Shown here one piece after another: positions 1 to 7,230 of a stretch of DNA of 15,722 bases (positions are counted from its first letter, which is position 1; each line of letters begins with the position of its first letter). Made by a program: the position numbers and the translations under genes. Origin of the DNA: Candidatus Aegiribacteria sp. (GTDB lineage: Bacteria > Fermentibacterota > Fermentibacteria > Fermentibacterales > JCC-6); contig JAWOBF010000057.1 in NCBI GenBank assembly GCA_046498225.1, positions 1-15,722 on the forward strand. The letters are read 5' to 3'. Below the pieces are notes generated by a model that saw nothing but the letters and a program-made list of their open reading frames with translations, searched no databases and was not told the origin of the DNA.

Positions 1-404
1 TGCTGGTCGCCGCCGACCAGGCCCTCTACCAGGCCAAGAACCAGGGCAGGAACAGGGTCTGCGCGTACAGCTCCCGGAGGAGCGCCGATAACGGGAAGGT
101 GACCATCGAAGTCACATTTCCGGCGCCCTCCTCCATAAGCGAAGGCAGCTACATAATCCTCACCCGATGGTTCCAGCACGGGAGGGAGATAACCGAGATA
201 GAGGCAAGGGAGATATCAGACCTTTCCAGGGGTGTGCGGGATATAGCGGAGGGCCGCCCCCCCGAATGCGGGTACGTCACCGCGGAGATCAAGGGAAGGG
301 TGACCAGCGTGGAGAGAAGGGTGGACAAGACCTTCTTCAGCTTCGAGGTGAATCCGGAGATGCTCGAACTTATGTACAACCATCTGAAGGAAACCGGTAT
401 ATGA
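1..404 (+). CDS. GGDEF-domain protein (diguanylate cyclase family), 3' part only, with a ~110-aa C-terminal extension
   Basis: The frame beginning at nt 3 reads LVAADQALYQAKNQGRNRV, the typical C-terminal signature of GGDEF domains (ADxALYxAKxxGRN). It continues without a stop into the listed ORF 99..404 (same frame) to TGA at 402-404. The GGDEF motif itself lies outside the window. Confidence 0.85.
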   Translation, partial: LVAADQALYQAKNQGRNRVCAYSSRRSADNGKVTIEVTFPAPSSISEGSYIILTRWFQHGREITEIEAREISDLSRGVRDIAEGRPPECGYVTAEIKGRVTSVERRVDKTFFSFEVNPEMLELMYNHLKETGI

Positions 405-1858
405 GAATAATCGAGTGCGGAGGCGTCTGGACCGGTCCCGGAAGGCTCCCGCTGGGAGCTTCGAGGATCTACCTGGCCGAGGGCGGAATTGAGGAGATAG
501 AAGCCGCACCTGAAGTCAGCTCCCGGCTGTTCGTCATTCCGGCCTTCGTGGACGCGCACTGCCATTTTCTATGGAGCGGCCTGGAGACAGTGATGGTGGA
601 CCTGGAGGGCGCGGAGTCCGCCGCCGGGTTCCTTTCCATCGTCTCCCGCGAATCCAGCTCGGACAGTACTGGCACCATACTGCGGGGGTACGGTTACGAT
701 GAGAGCGGCTGGAGCGGGGGGGAGCTGCCGTCCCTTGCGGAACTGGACAGCGCAACCGGCGGCCGGCCGGTGATACTCAGAAGGGTATGCGGTCACGCCG
801 CCCTTGTGAACTCCCCCATGATGGAAATGCTTCCGGAGGGAGCGCCCGGGCTCGACCGTGAAAGGGGGATGATAAGGGAGGGTATCATCTTCGAGCTGGA
901 AAAACTATTTCCCCCCGAGGACCGGGTCCTGGAACAGGCATGCTTGAACGCTGTCAGGATGGCGCACGAGGCCGGGGTAACCTCGGTCTTTACCTTCGAG
1001 AACTACATGACGTCCAGAGTGCTTCGCGAGAGCGTGCCGGACTTGAGGACCTCCATATGCCTCTACGGGACCGAGGTGCTGGAAGACCCCAGGGGTTCGG
1101 CCCTCAGAAACGCTTCCGGCCTGAAGTTCTTCCTGGACGGCTCCATCGGAGCGGCCACAGCGGCGATGTCCGCCCCCTATACCGACGGGACGGAAACGGA
1201 GCCCCTCATGTCGGAGGAACAGGTTATGGAAGCGCTGGAACTGGCCGAAAGCCTGAACCTGGTGCCGGTATTCCATGCGATAGGCGGCAGGGCCCTCTCC
1301 CTGCTGGACAGGGTCAGCCGTGATTTCCTCGACCGCAGGGGAGGAAGGTTCCCGCAGGGGATAAGGGTGGAGCACGCCGAGGACATCTCTTCGGTATGGC
1401 CGGGTTCATGGGACCCGGAAGTCCACTGTTTCGTCATGCAGCCTAATTTCGTCGAACGCTGGCAGCAGCCCGGCGGCCTCTACGGCGACAGGCTGGGATG
1501 GGAGAATTCACTGGCGCTCAACCCCTTCAGGCGAGTATTGGATTCAGGCTTCAGGGTAGCCTTCGGAAGCGACGGAATGCCGTTCGGACCCCTGGCCGGA
1601 CTGGCAGGCGCCACCGCCCATCCGGACCCGGACCAGAGGATAGCCGTTGACGAGGCCCTGCACGCCTATACACTGGAAGCGGCTTCCGTATGCGGCTTCC
1701 GGGAGGTTGCCGGAGGTCTTCGTCCGGGCAGGTCGGCGGACCTGGCGGTCCTCTCCGCGGACCCTTTCAAAGTCGATTGGAAAGAGCTTGAAGTGGTGGC
1801 CACCGTTCAGAGAGGAAGGGCGGTATACGAGAGAGAGCGGGTGCTGCAGGAGATATGA
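401..1858 (+). CDS. Metal-dependent amidohydrolase, YtcJ-like (amidohydrolase_3 family), 485 aa
   Basis: Motifs VIPAFVDAHCH (HxH), RRVCGHAALVNS, KFFLDGSIG, HAIGGRA, RVEHAE, FGSD and ADLAVLSADP. Start placed at ATG 401, which forms an ATGA overlap with the upstream stop, rather than at 167. Confidence 0.85.
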   Translation: MRIIECGGVWTGPGRLPLGASRIYLAEGGIEEIEAAPEVSSRLFVIPAFVDAHCHFLWSGLETVMVDLEGAESAAGFLSIVSRESSSDSTGTILRGYGYDESGWSGGELPSLAELDSATGGRPVILRRVCGHAALVNSPMMEMLPEGAPGLDRERGMIREGIIFELEKLFPPEDRVLEQACLNAVRMAHEAGVTSVFTFENYMTSRVLRESVPDLRTSICLYGTEVLEDPRGSALRNASGLKFFLDGSIGAATAAMSAPYTDGTETEPLMSEEQVMEALELAESLNLVPVFHAIGGRALSLLDRVSRDFLDRRGGRFPQGIRVEHAEDISSVWPGSWDPEVHCFVMQPNFVERWQQPGGLYGDRLGWENSLALNPFRRVLDSGFRVAFGSDGMPFGPLAGLAGATAHPDPDQRIAVDEALHAYTLEAASVCGFREVAGGLRPGRSADLAVLSADPFKVDWKELEVVATVQRGRAVYERERVLQEI

Positions 1859-2736
1859 GCCGAAGGGTGGACTGGACCGATCCCGTTTCAGTGGGAGCTT
1901 TCGCGGTTTCCTCCGCCCTGCGGGAGGACAGGGCGGAGATGGACGCCGCCACATCATCTCTCGGCGCATTCGCCGATGAACAGAGCGTATGCACCGTCAG
2001 GGCCCGGGAGTCCCTGGTGGTGGCCGGCTGGTTCCTTCTGGAGGAGGTATTCCGCCGGCTGGCGGAGGTATCCGGCTGCGCGGCTCCGAGAACCTCCCAG
2101 CTGGTCCCGGACGGAACGGAGGCCGCCGGGGGAGAGGCGATAGGGGTAATTGAAGGACCTGCCGGACTGATCCTCAGGGGAGAGAGGGTCGCGCTGAACC
2201 TGATGTGCCGCCTGTCCGGAATAGCATCCCTCACCAGGAAGTTCGTCCTGGCCGTGGAGGGGACCGGCGCGGAGGTGCTGGATACCAGGAAGACCACACC
2301 CTGCCTTCGCGCCCTGGAGAAGTACGCCGTCAGGATGGGGGGGGGAGTGAACCACCGGTCCAACCTGGCGGAGATGGCCATGATAAAGGACAACCATCTG
2401 GCGGTGGCCGGTGGAGCGGACAGGCTGGGAGAAATAATGGAGAGACTGAGGAAGATGGATGTACCTGTGGAGATAGAGGTGGACGGTCTCGGTCAGCTCG
2501 GGGCCGTGCTGCGGGAAAGGCCCGGCAGGATACTTCTTGACAACATGGAGCCGGAAGAGCTGGAGGAGGCGGTCGCCATGTCTTCCGGGAGCGGTATCTA
2601 CCTCGAGGCCTCAGGGGGCGTAACTCTGGACAACGTACGCCGGGTGGCGGAAACCGGCGTTGACGGCATATCCTCCGGAGCCCTCACCCATTCGTCGCCG
2701 TGGTCCGATATCGGTTTCGACTGGGGGCTTGTATGA
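1855..2736 (+). CDS. nadC: Nicotinate-nucleotide pyrophosphorylase (quinolinate phosphoribosyltransferase)
   Basis: Motifs ALRED, ERVALN, DTRKTTP, GGGVNHR, MIKDNH, EIEVD, LLDNM, EASGG and GALTHS. ATGA overlap with the upstream gene. Confidence 0.95.
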   Translation: MSRRVDWTDPVSVGAFAVSSALREDRAEMDAATSSLGAFADEQSVCTVRARESLVVAGWFLLEEVFRRLAEVSGCAAPRTSQLVPDGTEAAGGEAIGVIEGPAGLILRGERVALNLMCRLSGIASLTRKFVLAVEGTGAEVLDTRKTTPCLRALEKYAVRMGGGVNHRSNLAEMAMIKDNHLAVAGGADRLGEIMERLRKMDVPVEIEVDGLGQLGAVLRERPGRILLDNMEPEELEEAVAMSSGSGIYLEASGGVTLDNVRRVAETGVDGISSGALTHSSPWSDIGFDWGLV

Positions 2737-3497
2737 GACGGCTTGTACTGGATATAGGCAATACCAAGACCGCGGCCGGGATCTTCCGTGACGGCACGCT
2801 GGAGGTTCAGTGGCGCGTTACCACCCGCCACTGGACCTCGGATGACCTCTGGGTCGTTCTGAGGACCCTGCTGAAGACCGATGACTGCCCCCTTCCCGAC
2901 GCGGTTACCTTCGCCTGCGTGGTTCCCCAGGTCCGGCATTCGATGATGGACCTCTCCAGGCGCTACCTGAAGGTGGAACCGCTGGAGGTGACCGCGGAAA
3001 CCGCGGGAATAGAGATACGCTACAGCTACCCCCACGAGCTTGGTGCGGACCGGCTGGCCAACACCGCCGGGGCGATGAAGCTGGGAGACCTGCCGGCCAT
3101 AGTGGTCGATTTCGGAACCGCCACCACCTTCGATGTTATTGACGGGTCCGGGGCCTACATGGGAGGCGCCATTTCCCCCGGTGTGGGAACGGCGGCGGCG
3201 GAGCTGTTCAAGAAAGCGGAGAAGCTGAACCCGGTGGACCTGGAGTTCCCCGAGTCCGCGCTGGGACGAAGCACATCGGAGGCCGTCCGTTCCGGAGTAC
3301 TGCTCGGCGCCGCTGGAGCGACCGACTACCTCCTTGGCCGGCTGATTGAGGAAATGGAGGGTATTCCGGAGCTGTGGGCCACCGGAGGATGGGCCAGGGG
3401 AATAGCCGGAAGATGTGAAAGCCCGCTGAAGGTCTGCCCGGAGCTTACACTGGTGGGCATAGACAGTATCGGTGAGAGGTGGTCAGATGGGTGGTAA
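2733..3497 (+). CDS. coaX: Type III pantothenate kinase, 254 aa
   Basis: Motifs LDIGNT, LGADR, VVDFGTATTFD, GGAISPG and ATGG. Start placed at ATG 2733 (ATGA overlap with the nadC stop). Confidence 0.95.
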   Translation: MRRLVLDIGNTKTAAGIFRDGTLEVQWRVTTRHWTSDDLWVVLRTLLKTDDCPLPDAVTFACVVPQVRHSMMDLSRRYLKVEPLEVTAETAGIEIRYSYPHELGADRLANTAGAMKLGDLPAIVVDFGTATTFDVIDGSGAYMGGAISPGVGTAAAELFKKAEKLNPVDLEFPESALGRSTSEAVRSGVLLGAAGATDYLLGRLIEEMEGIPELWATGGWARGIAGRCESPLKVCPELTLVGIDSIGERWSDGW

Positions 3498-4035
3498 GAG
3501 GGTACTGCTGGGAATAACGGGCAGCGCGGCTGCCTTCAAGGGAGTGATGCTCGCCTCGCTGCTGAGGAAGGAGGGCTTCCGGGTGGACGGTGTCATCACC
3601 GCCGGAGGGCTCGAATTCGTAAGCGACACGCAGCTGGCCTGCGTTACCGGAAGACCGGTCCATACCGACCTCTTCACCCCTCAGCCCGGGGACCCGGTCC
3701 CGCATATCACGCTGACGGAGGGAGCGGAGCTCCTTGCCGTGGTGCCGGCAACGGCGGATTTCATGGCCAAGGCCGCCTGCGGCCTGGCCGACGACCTTCT
3801 TTCCTCCGTCTTCCTGGCCTGCGACGCGCCGGTCCTCATGGCCCCGTCGATGAATACCAGGATGTGGAACAACAGGGCCACAGTCGACAACACCAGCCTT
3901 CTTCGGGAGCGCGGTGTCCGGTTCGCCGGACCCGTGGAGGGCGGGCTGGCCTGCGGGACTTCCGGGTTGGGCAGGCTGATGGAACCGGACGGAATATTGA
4001 AAGCGTGCCTGGAGATACTCCGGGGGTCGGACTGA
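3487..4035 (+). CDS. coaC: Phosphopantothenoylcysteine decarboxylase-type HFCD flavoprotein (CoaC domain only), 182 aa
   Basis: Motifs LGITGSAAAFK, catalytic His in PHI, PATADFMAK, GLADDL, APSMNTRMW and the substrate clamp LACGTSGLGRL. It stops where the CoaC half of CoaBC ends. ATG 3487 is preceded by GAGG; GTG 3472 is an alternative start. Confidence 0.85.
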   Translation: MGGKRVLLGITGSAAAFKGVMLASLLRKEGFRVDGVITAGGLEFVSDTQLACVTGRPVHTDLFTPQPGDPVPHITLTEGAELLAVVPATADFMAKAACGLADDLLSSVFLACDAPVLMAPSMNTRMWNNRATVDNTSLLRERGVRFAGPVEGGLACGTSGLGRLMEPDGILKACLEILRGSD

Positions 4036-4036
4036 C

Positions 4037-5068
4037 ATGCGCCCCCTTCCCACGATGCGATGGACGGACGGTTCTCTAAGGCTTCTGGACCAGAGACAGC
4101 TTCCGGAGCGGGAGGCCTACATGGACTGCCGTGACGTGGAGACACTGGCGGAAGCCATCAGGACGCTGGCAGTCAGGGGCGCCCCGGCCATAGGTATCGC
4201 GGCCGCCTACGGATGTGTCATCGCTGCTCTTACCACCCCTTCAGGTCCCGGCTTCCGCGGCGGGGTGGAGGAGAAGATGAGGCTGATAGAATCCACCAGG
4301 CCCACGGCGGTCAATCTCTTCAGGTGCGTAGATGAGCAGAGAGGCATACTCGGGACCGTCTCGGGCAGGGAGGCGTCCGCCGCGGCCCTTCTGGAATCGG
4401 CGAACCGCATGATGGAGGAGGACCTCGAAGCCAGCAGGGCCATGGGCCGGTATGGAGCCGGCCTTCTCCGCCCCGGTTCCAACGTACTCACCCACTGCAA
4501 CGCGGGCGGGCTGGCCACAGCGGGTCTGGGCACAGCCCTGGCGGTAATCTACGAGGCCTGGGACAGGGGCCTCATTGAAACCGTCTACGCCGACGAGACC
4601 CGTCCGCTGCTTCAGGGAGCCAGGCTCACCTCATGGGAGCTGACCAGAGCCGGCATACCTGTCCGGGTACTCCCGGATTCCGCCGCCGCTTCCCTTCTCC
4701 GCGCCGGGAAGGTCCACGCAGTGATAGTGGGCAGTGACAGGATAGCCGCCAACGGCGACGCGGCGAACAAGATAGGAACGTATCAGGTAGCCCTTGCCGC
4801 GAAGGCCCACAGAGTACCGTTCTATGTTGTCGCTCCCCTGTCCACATTCGATATGGATACCCCGTCCGGGGAGGAGATAGTGATCGAGCAGCGGGGCAGG
4901 GAAGAGCTGGCGCGCATGGGAGGAAGGAAGCTGCTTCCCGAAGGCGCCGGGGTCTGGAACCCGGCGTTCGACGTGACACCGGCTTCCCTGATAACGGCCA
5001 TAGTATGCGAGAAGGGGGTCATCGAGCCTCCCGGACGGGATTCCGTGAGGAATATCCTCGAGGACTGA
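4037..5068 (+). CDS. mtnA: S-methyl-5-thioribose-1-phosphate isomerase
   Basis: Motifs LLDQRQLP, VRGAPAIG, TRPTAVNL, LTHCNAGGLAT, DETRPLLQGARLT, DRIAANGDAANKIGTY and NPAFDVTP. Confidence 0.95.
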   Translation: MRPLPTMRWTDGSLRLLDQRQLPEREAYMDCRDVETLAEAIRTLAVRGAPAIGIAAAYGCVIAALTTPSGPGFRGGVEEKMRLIESTRPTAVNLFRCVDEQRGILGTVSGREASAAALLESANRMMEEDLEASRAMGRYGAGLLRPGSNVLTHCNAGGLATAGLGTALAVIYEAWDRGLIETVYADETRPLLQGARLTSWELTRAGIPVRVLPDSAAASLLRAGKVHAVIVGSDRIAANGDAANKIGTYQVALAAKAHRVPFYVVAPLSTFDMDTPSGEEIVIEQRGREELARMGGRKLLPEGAGVWNPAFDVTPASLITAIVCEKGVIEPPGRDSVRNILED

Positions 5069-5115
5069 CCGCCATCGAACAGGAATATGTTTTATTCCCT
5101 GATATCGTCCAAGAG

Positions 5116-5144
5116 TTGACAAACGCATCTGTTCAGCGTACACT
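5116..5144 (+). promoter_or_regulatory. Sigma70-type promoter upstream of dnaK
   Basis: TTGACA (5116-5121), 17-nt spacer, TACACT (5139-5144), in an AT-richer intergenic gap. Perfect -35 and 4/6 -10 with the key T, A and final T positions retained. Confidence 0.75.
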
Positions 5145-5172
5145 TTCACCTGCTTTAACGGGAGGTTGAAGT

Positions 5173-5262
5173 TTGATCCCGGTTGGATTATTAATATGTG
5201 TGCGGTCCGTCATTCGCGCCTGTTCGGAAGGTCCGGTTTTCATTGTTGGAAGCTTTATCTAA
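5173..5262 (+). CDS. Candidate 29-aa leader peptide (MIPVGLLICVRSVIRACSEGPVFIVGSFI)
   Basis: GGGAGG at 5160-5165, 7 nt upstream of TTG 5173. Open to TAA 5260-5262, which overlaps TAAGGAGG, the dnaK SD. No homology evidence. Confidence 0.3.
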   Translation: MIPVGLLICVRSVIRACSEGPVFIVGSFI

Positions 5263-5268
5263 GGAGGG
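5260..5268 (+). promoter_or_regulatory. Shine-Dalgarno sequence of dnaK
   Basis: TAAGGAGGG immediately upstream of TTG 5272. Confidence 0.8.
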
Positions 5269-5271
5269 ATC

Positions 5272-7128
5272 TTGGGCTGTACGATAGGTATCGACCTCGG
5301 AACCACCAATTCCTGCATGGCAATATCCGAAGGCGGAAACCCCGTGGTGATCCAGACCGGTGAAGGCCCAAGGGTCATGCCCTCGGTGGTGGCCTTCACG
5401 CCGGCGGGAGACCGGCTGGTGGGAATCGTGGCCAAAAGGCAGGCCATCACCAACCCCAGGGATACCATAACCAGCATCAAGAGGCTGATGGGCAGGAAGT
5501 ACGAGGAGCTGGAGAACGAGTCCATCAACGTATCCTACGAAATAGCCGCCAACGACAAGGGCGACGCCGTTGTAAGGATAGGGGACGGAAGGACGTTCAC
5601 CCCTCAGGAGATTTCATCCATGATACTTCAGAAGATGAAGTACAGGGCGGAGGAGTTCCTCGGGGAAGAGGTGACGGACGTTGTGGTAACAGTTCCGGCG
5701 CATTTCAACGAGATACAGCGGAAAGCCACCAAGGCGGCCTGCACCATCGCCGGACTCAACGTGAAGAGGGTGCTGAACGAACCCACCGCTGCCGCGCTGG
5801 CGTTCACCGACGCCGTTGAAAGGCGGAAGATAGCGGTATTCGACTTCGGCGGCGGAACCTTCGACATCAGTATCCTTCAGGTGGTGAACGGCATATTCGA
5901 GGTCAAGGCCACCACCGGCAACACCCAGCTGGGAGGGGACGATTTCGATTCCCGCCTGGTGGAGTGGATAATGGAGGAGTTCAAGCGCTCGCGGGGAATA
6001 GACCTGAAAGAAGACCCTGTGGCCCCCCAGAGGGTGAAGGAGGCGGCCGAGAGGGCCAAATGCGAACTATCCACCGCCCTGGAGACATCCATAAACCTTC
6101 CCTTCATCGCATCCAGCGACAAGGGACCTGTCCACCTGGAGATGTCCATCACCAGGGGACTCTTCGAAGGGCTGGTGAAGGACCTTGTTGAGAATACACG
6201 CCCGCTGTGCGAACAGGTCATGCGTGACGCGGGCCTCACCCACGAGGATTTGGAGACTGTGGTGCTGGTGGGAGGGTCCACCAGGATACCGCTGGTAAGG
6301 CAGCTTGTGGAGGACACGTTCCATCAGGAACCGGTCCACAGCGTGAATCCCGACGAAGTGGTGGCCATGGGAGCCGCCATAGCGGGATCCGTCGTTTCCG
6401 GCCAGAGGAAGGACCTGGTGCTTCTGGACGTCACGTCCCTCACACTGGGGGTGGAAACTCTCGGCGGAGTGATGGCGCCCATAATCGAGAAGAACAGCCC
6501 CCTTCCGATCAAGAGAAGCAAGATGTTCACTACAGCGGTGGACAACCAGCAGGTTGTGGGCATACATGTCCTTCAGGGCGAGAGGAACCTGGCGGAGGAG
6601 AACAGGAGCCTGGCCAGGTTTGAGCTGGTGGGCATAAGTCCCGCTCCCCGGGGAGTTCCCAGGATAGAGGTGTCCTTCTCCATCGACGCCAACGGAATAC
6701 TGTTCGTAAACGCCAAGGACGCGGTGACGGGAAAGCACCAGGAAATGAAGGTCAATCCCAGCGGCGGTCTCAGTGATGAGGACATAAGGCAGCTCATTCA
6801 GGACGCCAGGAAGAACAGGGAGACCGACCGTGAGAGAATAAAGCTCATCGAGATGCGCAACGTGGCCGACCAGTCCATATACGAGGCATCCAAGCTGCTC
6901 AACACCAGCAGGGACAGGCTGGACTCCGATTCCACCGGTGAGCTGGAGGCCGCGCTTAACGAGCTCAGGAACTCCAGGGACGGCAGCAGCACGGACAGTA
7001 TTCAGACAGCCCTGAAGGAGCTTTCCATGGTCATGCACACCGTAAGGAACATCCTCAACATGGTGGATACCATGGAGGAGGAGGATGAGAACGGCGGTCT
7101 GACCACACTGGAGGATGGGGTGGAATAG
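5272..7128 (+). CDS. dnaK: Hsp70 chaperone DnaK (diderm type, somewhat diverged), 618 aa, TTG start
   Basis: Motifs GIDLGTTNS, NEPTAAALA, FDFGGGTFDISIL, LGGDDFD, LVGGSTRIP, NPDEVVAMGAA, linker DLVLLDV, PAPRGVP and IDANGIL. Confidence 0.95.
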   Translation: MGCTIGIDLGTTNSCMAISEGGNPVVIQTGEGPRVMPSVVAFTPAGDRLVGIVAKRQAITNPRDTITSIKRLMGRKYEELENESINVSYEIAANDKGDAVVRIGDGRTFTPQEISSMILQKMKYRAEEFLGEEVTDVVVTVPAHFNEIQRKATKAACTIAGLNVKRVLNEPTAAALAFTDAVERRKIAVFDFGGGTFDISILQVVNGIFEVKATTGNTQLGGDDFDSRLVEWIMEEFKRSRGIDLKEDPVAPQRVKEAAERAKCELSTALETSINLPFIASSDKGPVHLEMSITRGLFEGLVKDLVENTRPLCEQVMRDAGLTHEDLETVVLVGGSTRIPLVRQLVEDTFHQEPVHSVNPDEVVAMGAAIAGSVVSGQRKDLVLLDVTSLTLGVETLGGVMAPIIEKNSPLPIKRSKMFTTAVDNQQVVGIHVLQGERNLAEENRSLARFELVGISPAPRGVPRIEVSFSIDANGILFVNAKDAVTGKHQEMKVNPSGGLSDEDIRQLIQDARKNRETDRERIKLIEMRNVADQSIYEASKLLNTSRDRLDSDSTGELEAALNELRNSRDGSSTDSIQTALKELSMVMHTVRNILNMVDTMEEEDENGGLTTLEDGVE

Positions 7129-7173
7129 CCGGTCCGGCTTCCAGTTCCCATGATCCCCGTTTTCATTTTTTTT
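7115..7173 (+). terminator. Possible imperfect terminator/attenuator hairpin after dnaK
   Basis: Nested pairings ATGGG(7115-7119)/CCCAT(7147-7151), TGGA/TCCA and AGCCG(7127-7131)/CGGCT(7135-7139), followed by a T-rich tract TTTTCATTTTTTTT (7160-7173). The tract is offset from the stem, so this is not a textbook terminator. Confidence 0.35.
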
Positions 7174-7230
7174 CCGGGCAGCTTAACTTACTATATTCCA
7201 GCTTCGGAAATAACTGTGAACAGTACAGCA

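Noticed and set aside
167..400. 78-aa N-terminal extension of the amidohydrolase (start at 167)
   Set aside because: It overlaps the GGDEF gene in another frame and has low-complexity G/R-rich composition; ATG 401 gives an ATGA overlap and a normal family N-terminus.
99..404. ORF 99..404 as an independent 101-aa gene
   Set aside because: It is in frame with, and has no stop separating it from, the GGDEF C-terminal motif at 3-59; it is the tail of a gene entering from the left.
2700..2732. coaX start at 2700
   Set aside because: CoaX proteins begin just before the LxxDxGNT motif; ATG 2733 overlapping the nadC stop fits better.
5069..5271. CIRCE, HAIR, CtsR box or sigma32 promoter upstream of dnaK
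   Set aside because: None of the consensus sequences could be found by eye.
5166..5363. 65-aa ORF overlapping the dnaK start
   Set aside because: Its TTG abuts the GGAGG with zero spacing and it overlaps dnaK out of frame; the same SD fits TTG 5173 better.
6067..7038. 323-aa antisense ORF within dnaK
   Set aside because: Long antisense ORFs opposite hsp70/dnaK genes are a known by-product of codon bias; no motif or SD supports it.
7145..7153. TTCCCATGA as a sigma32 -10 element before dnaJ
   Set aside because: Imperfect match with no CTTGAA-like -35 at the right distance.
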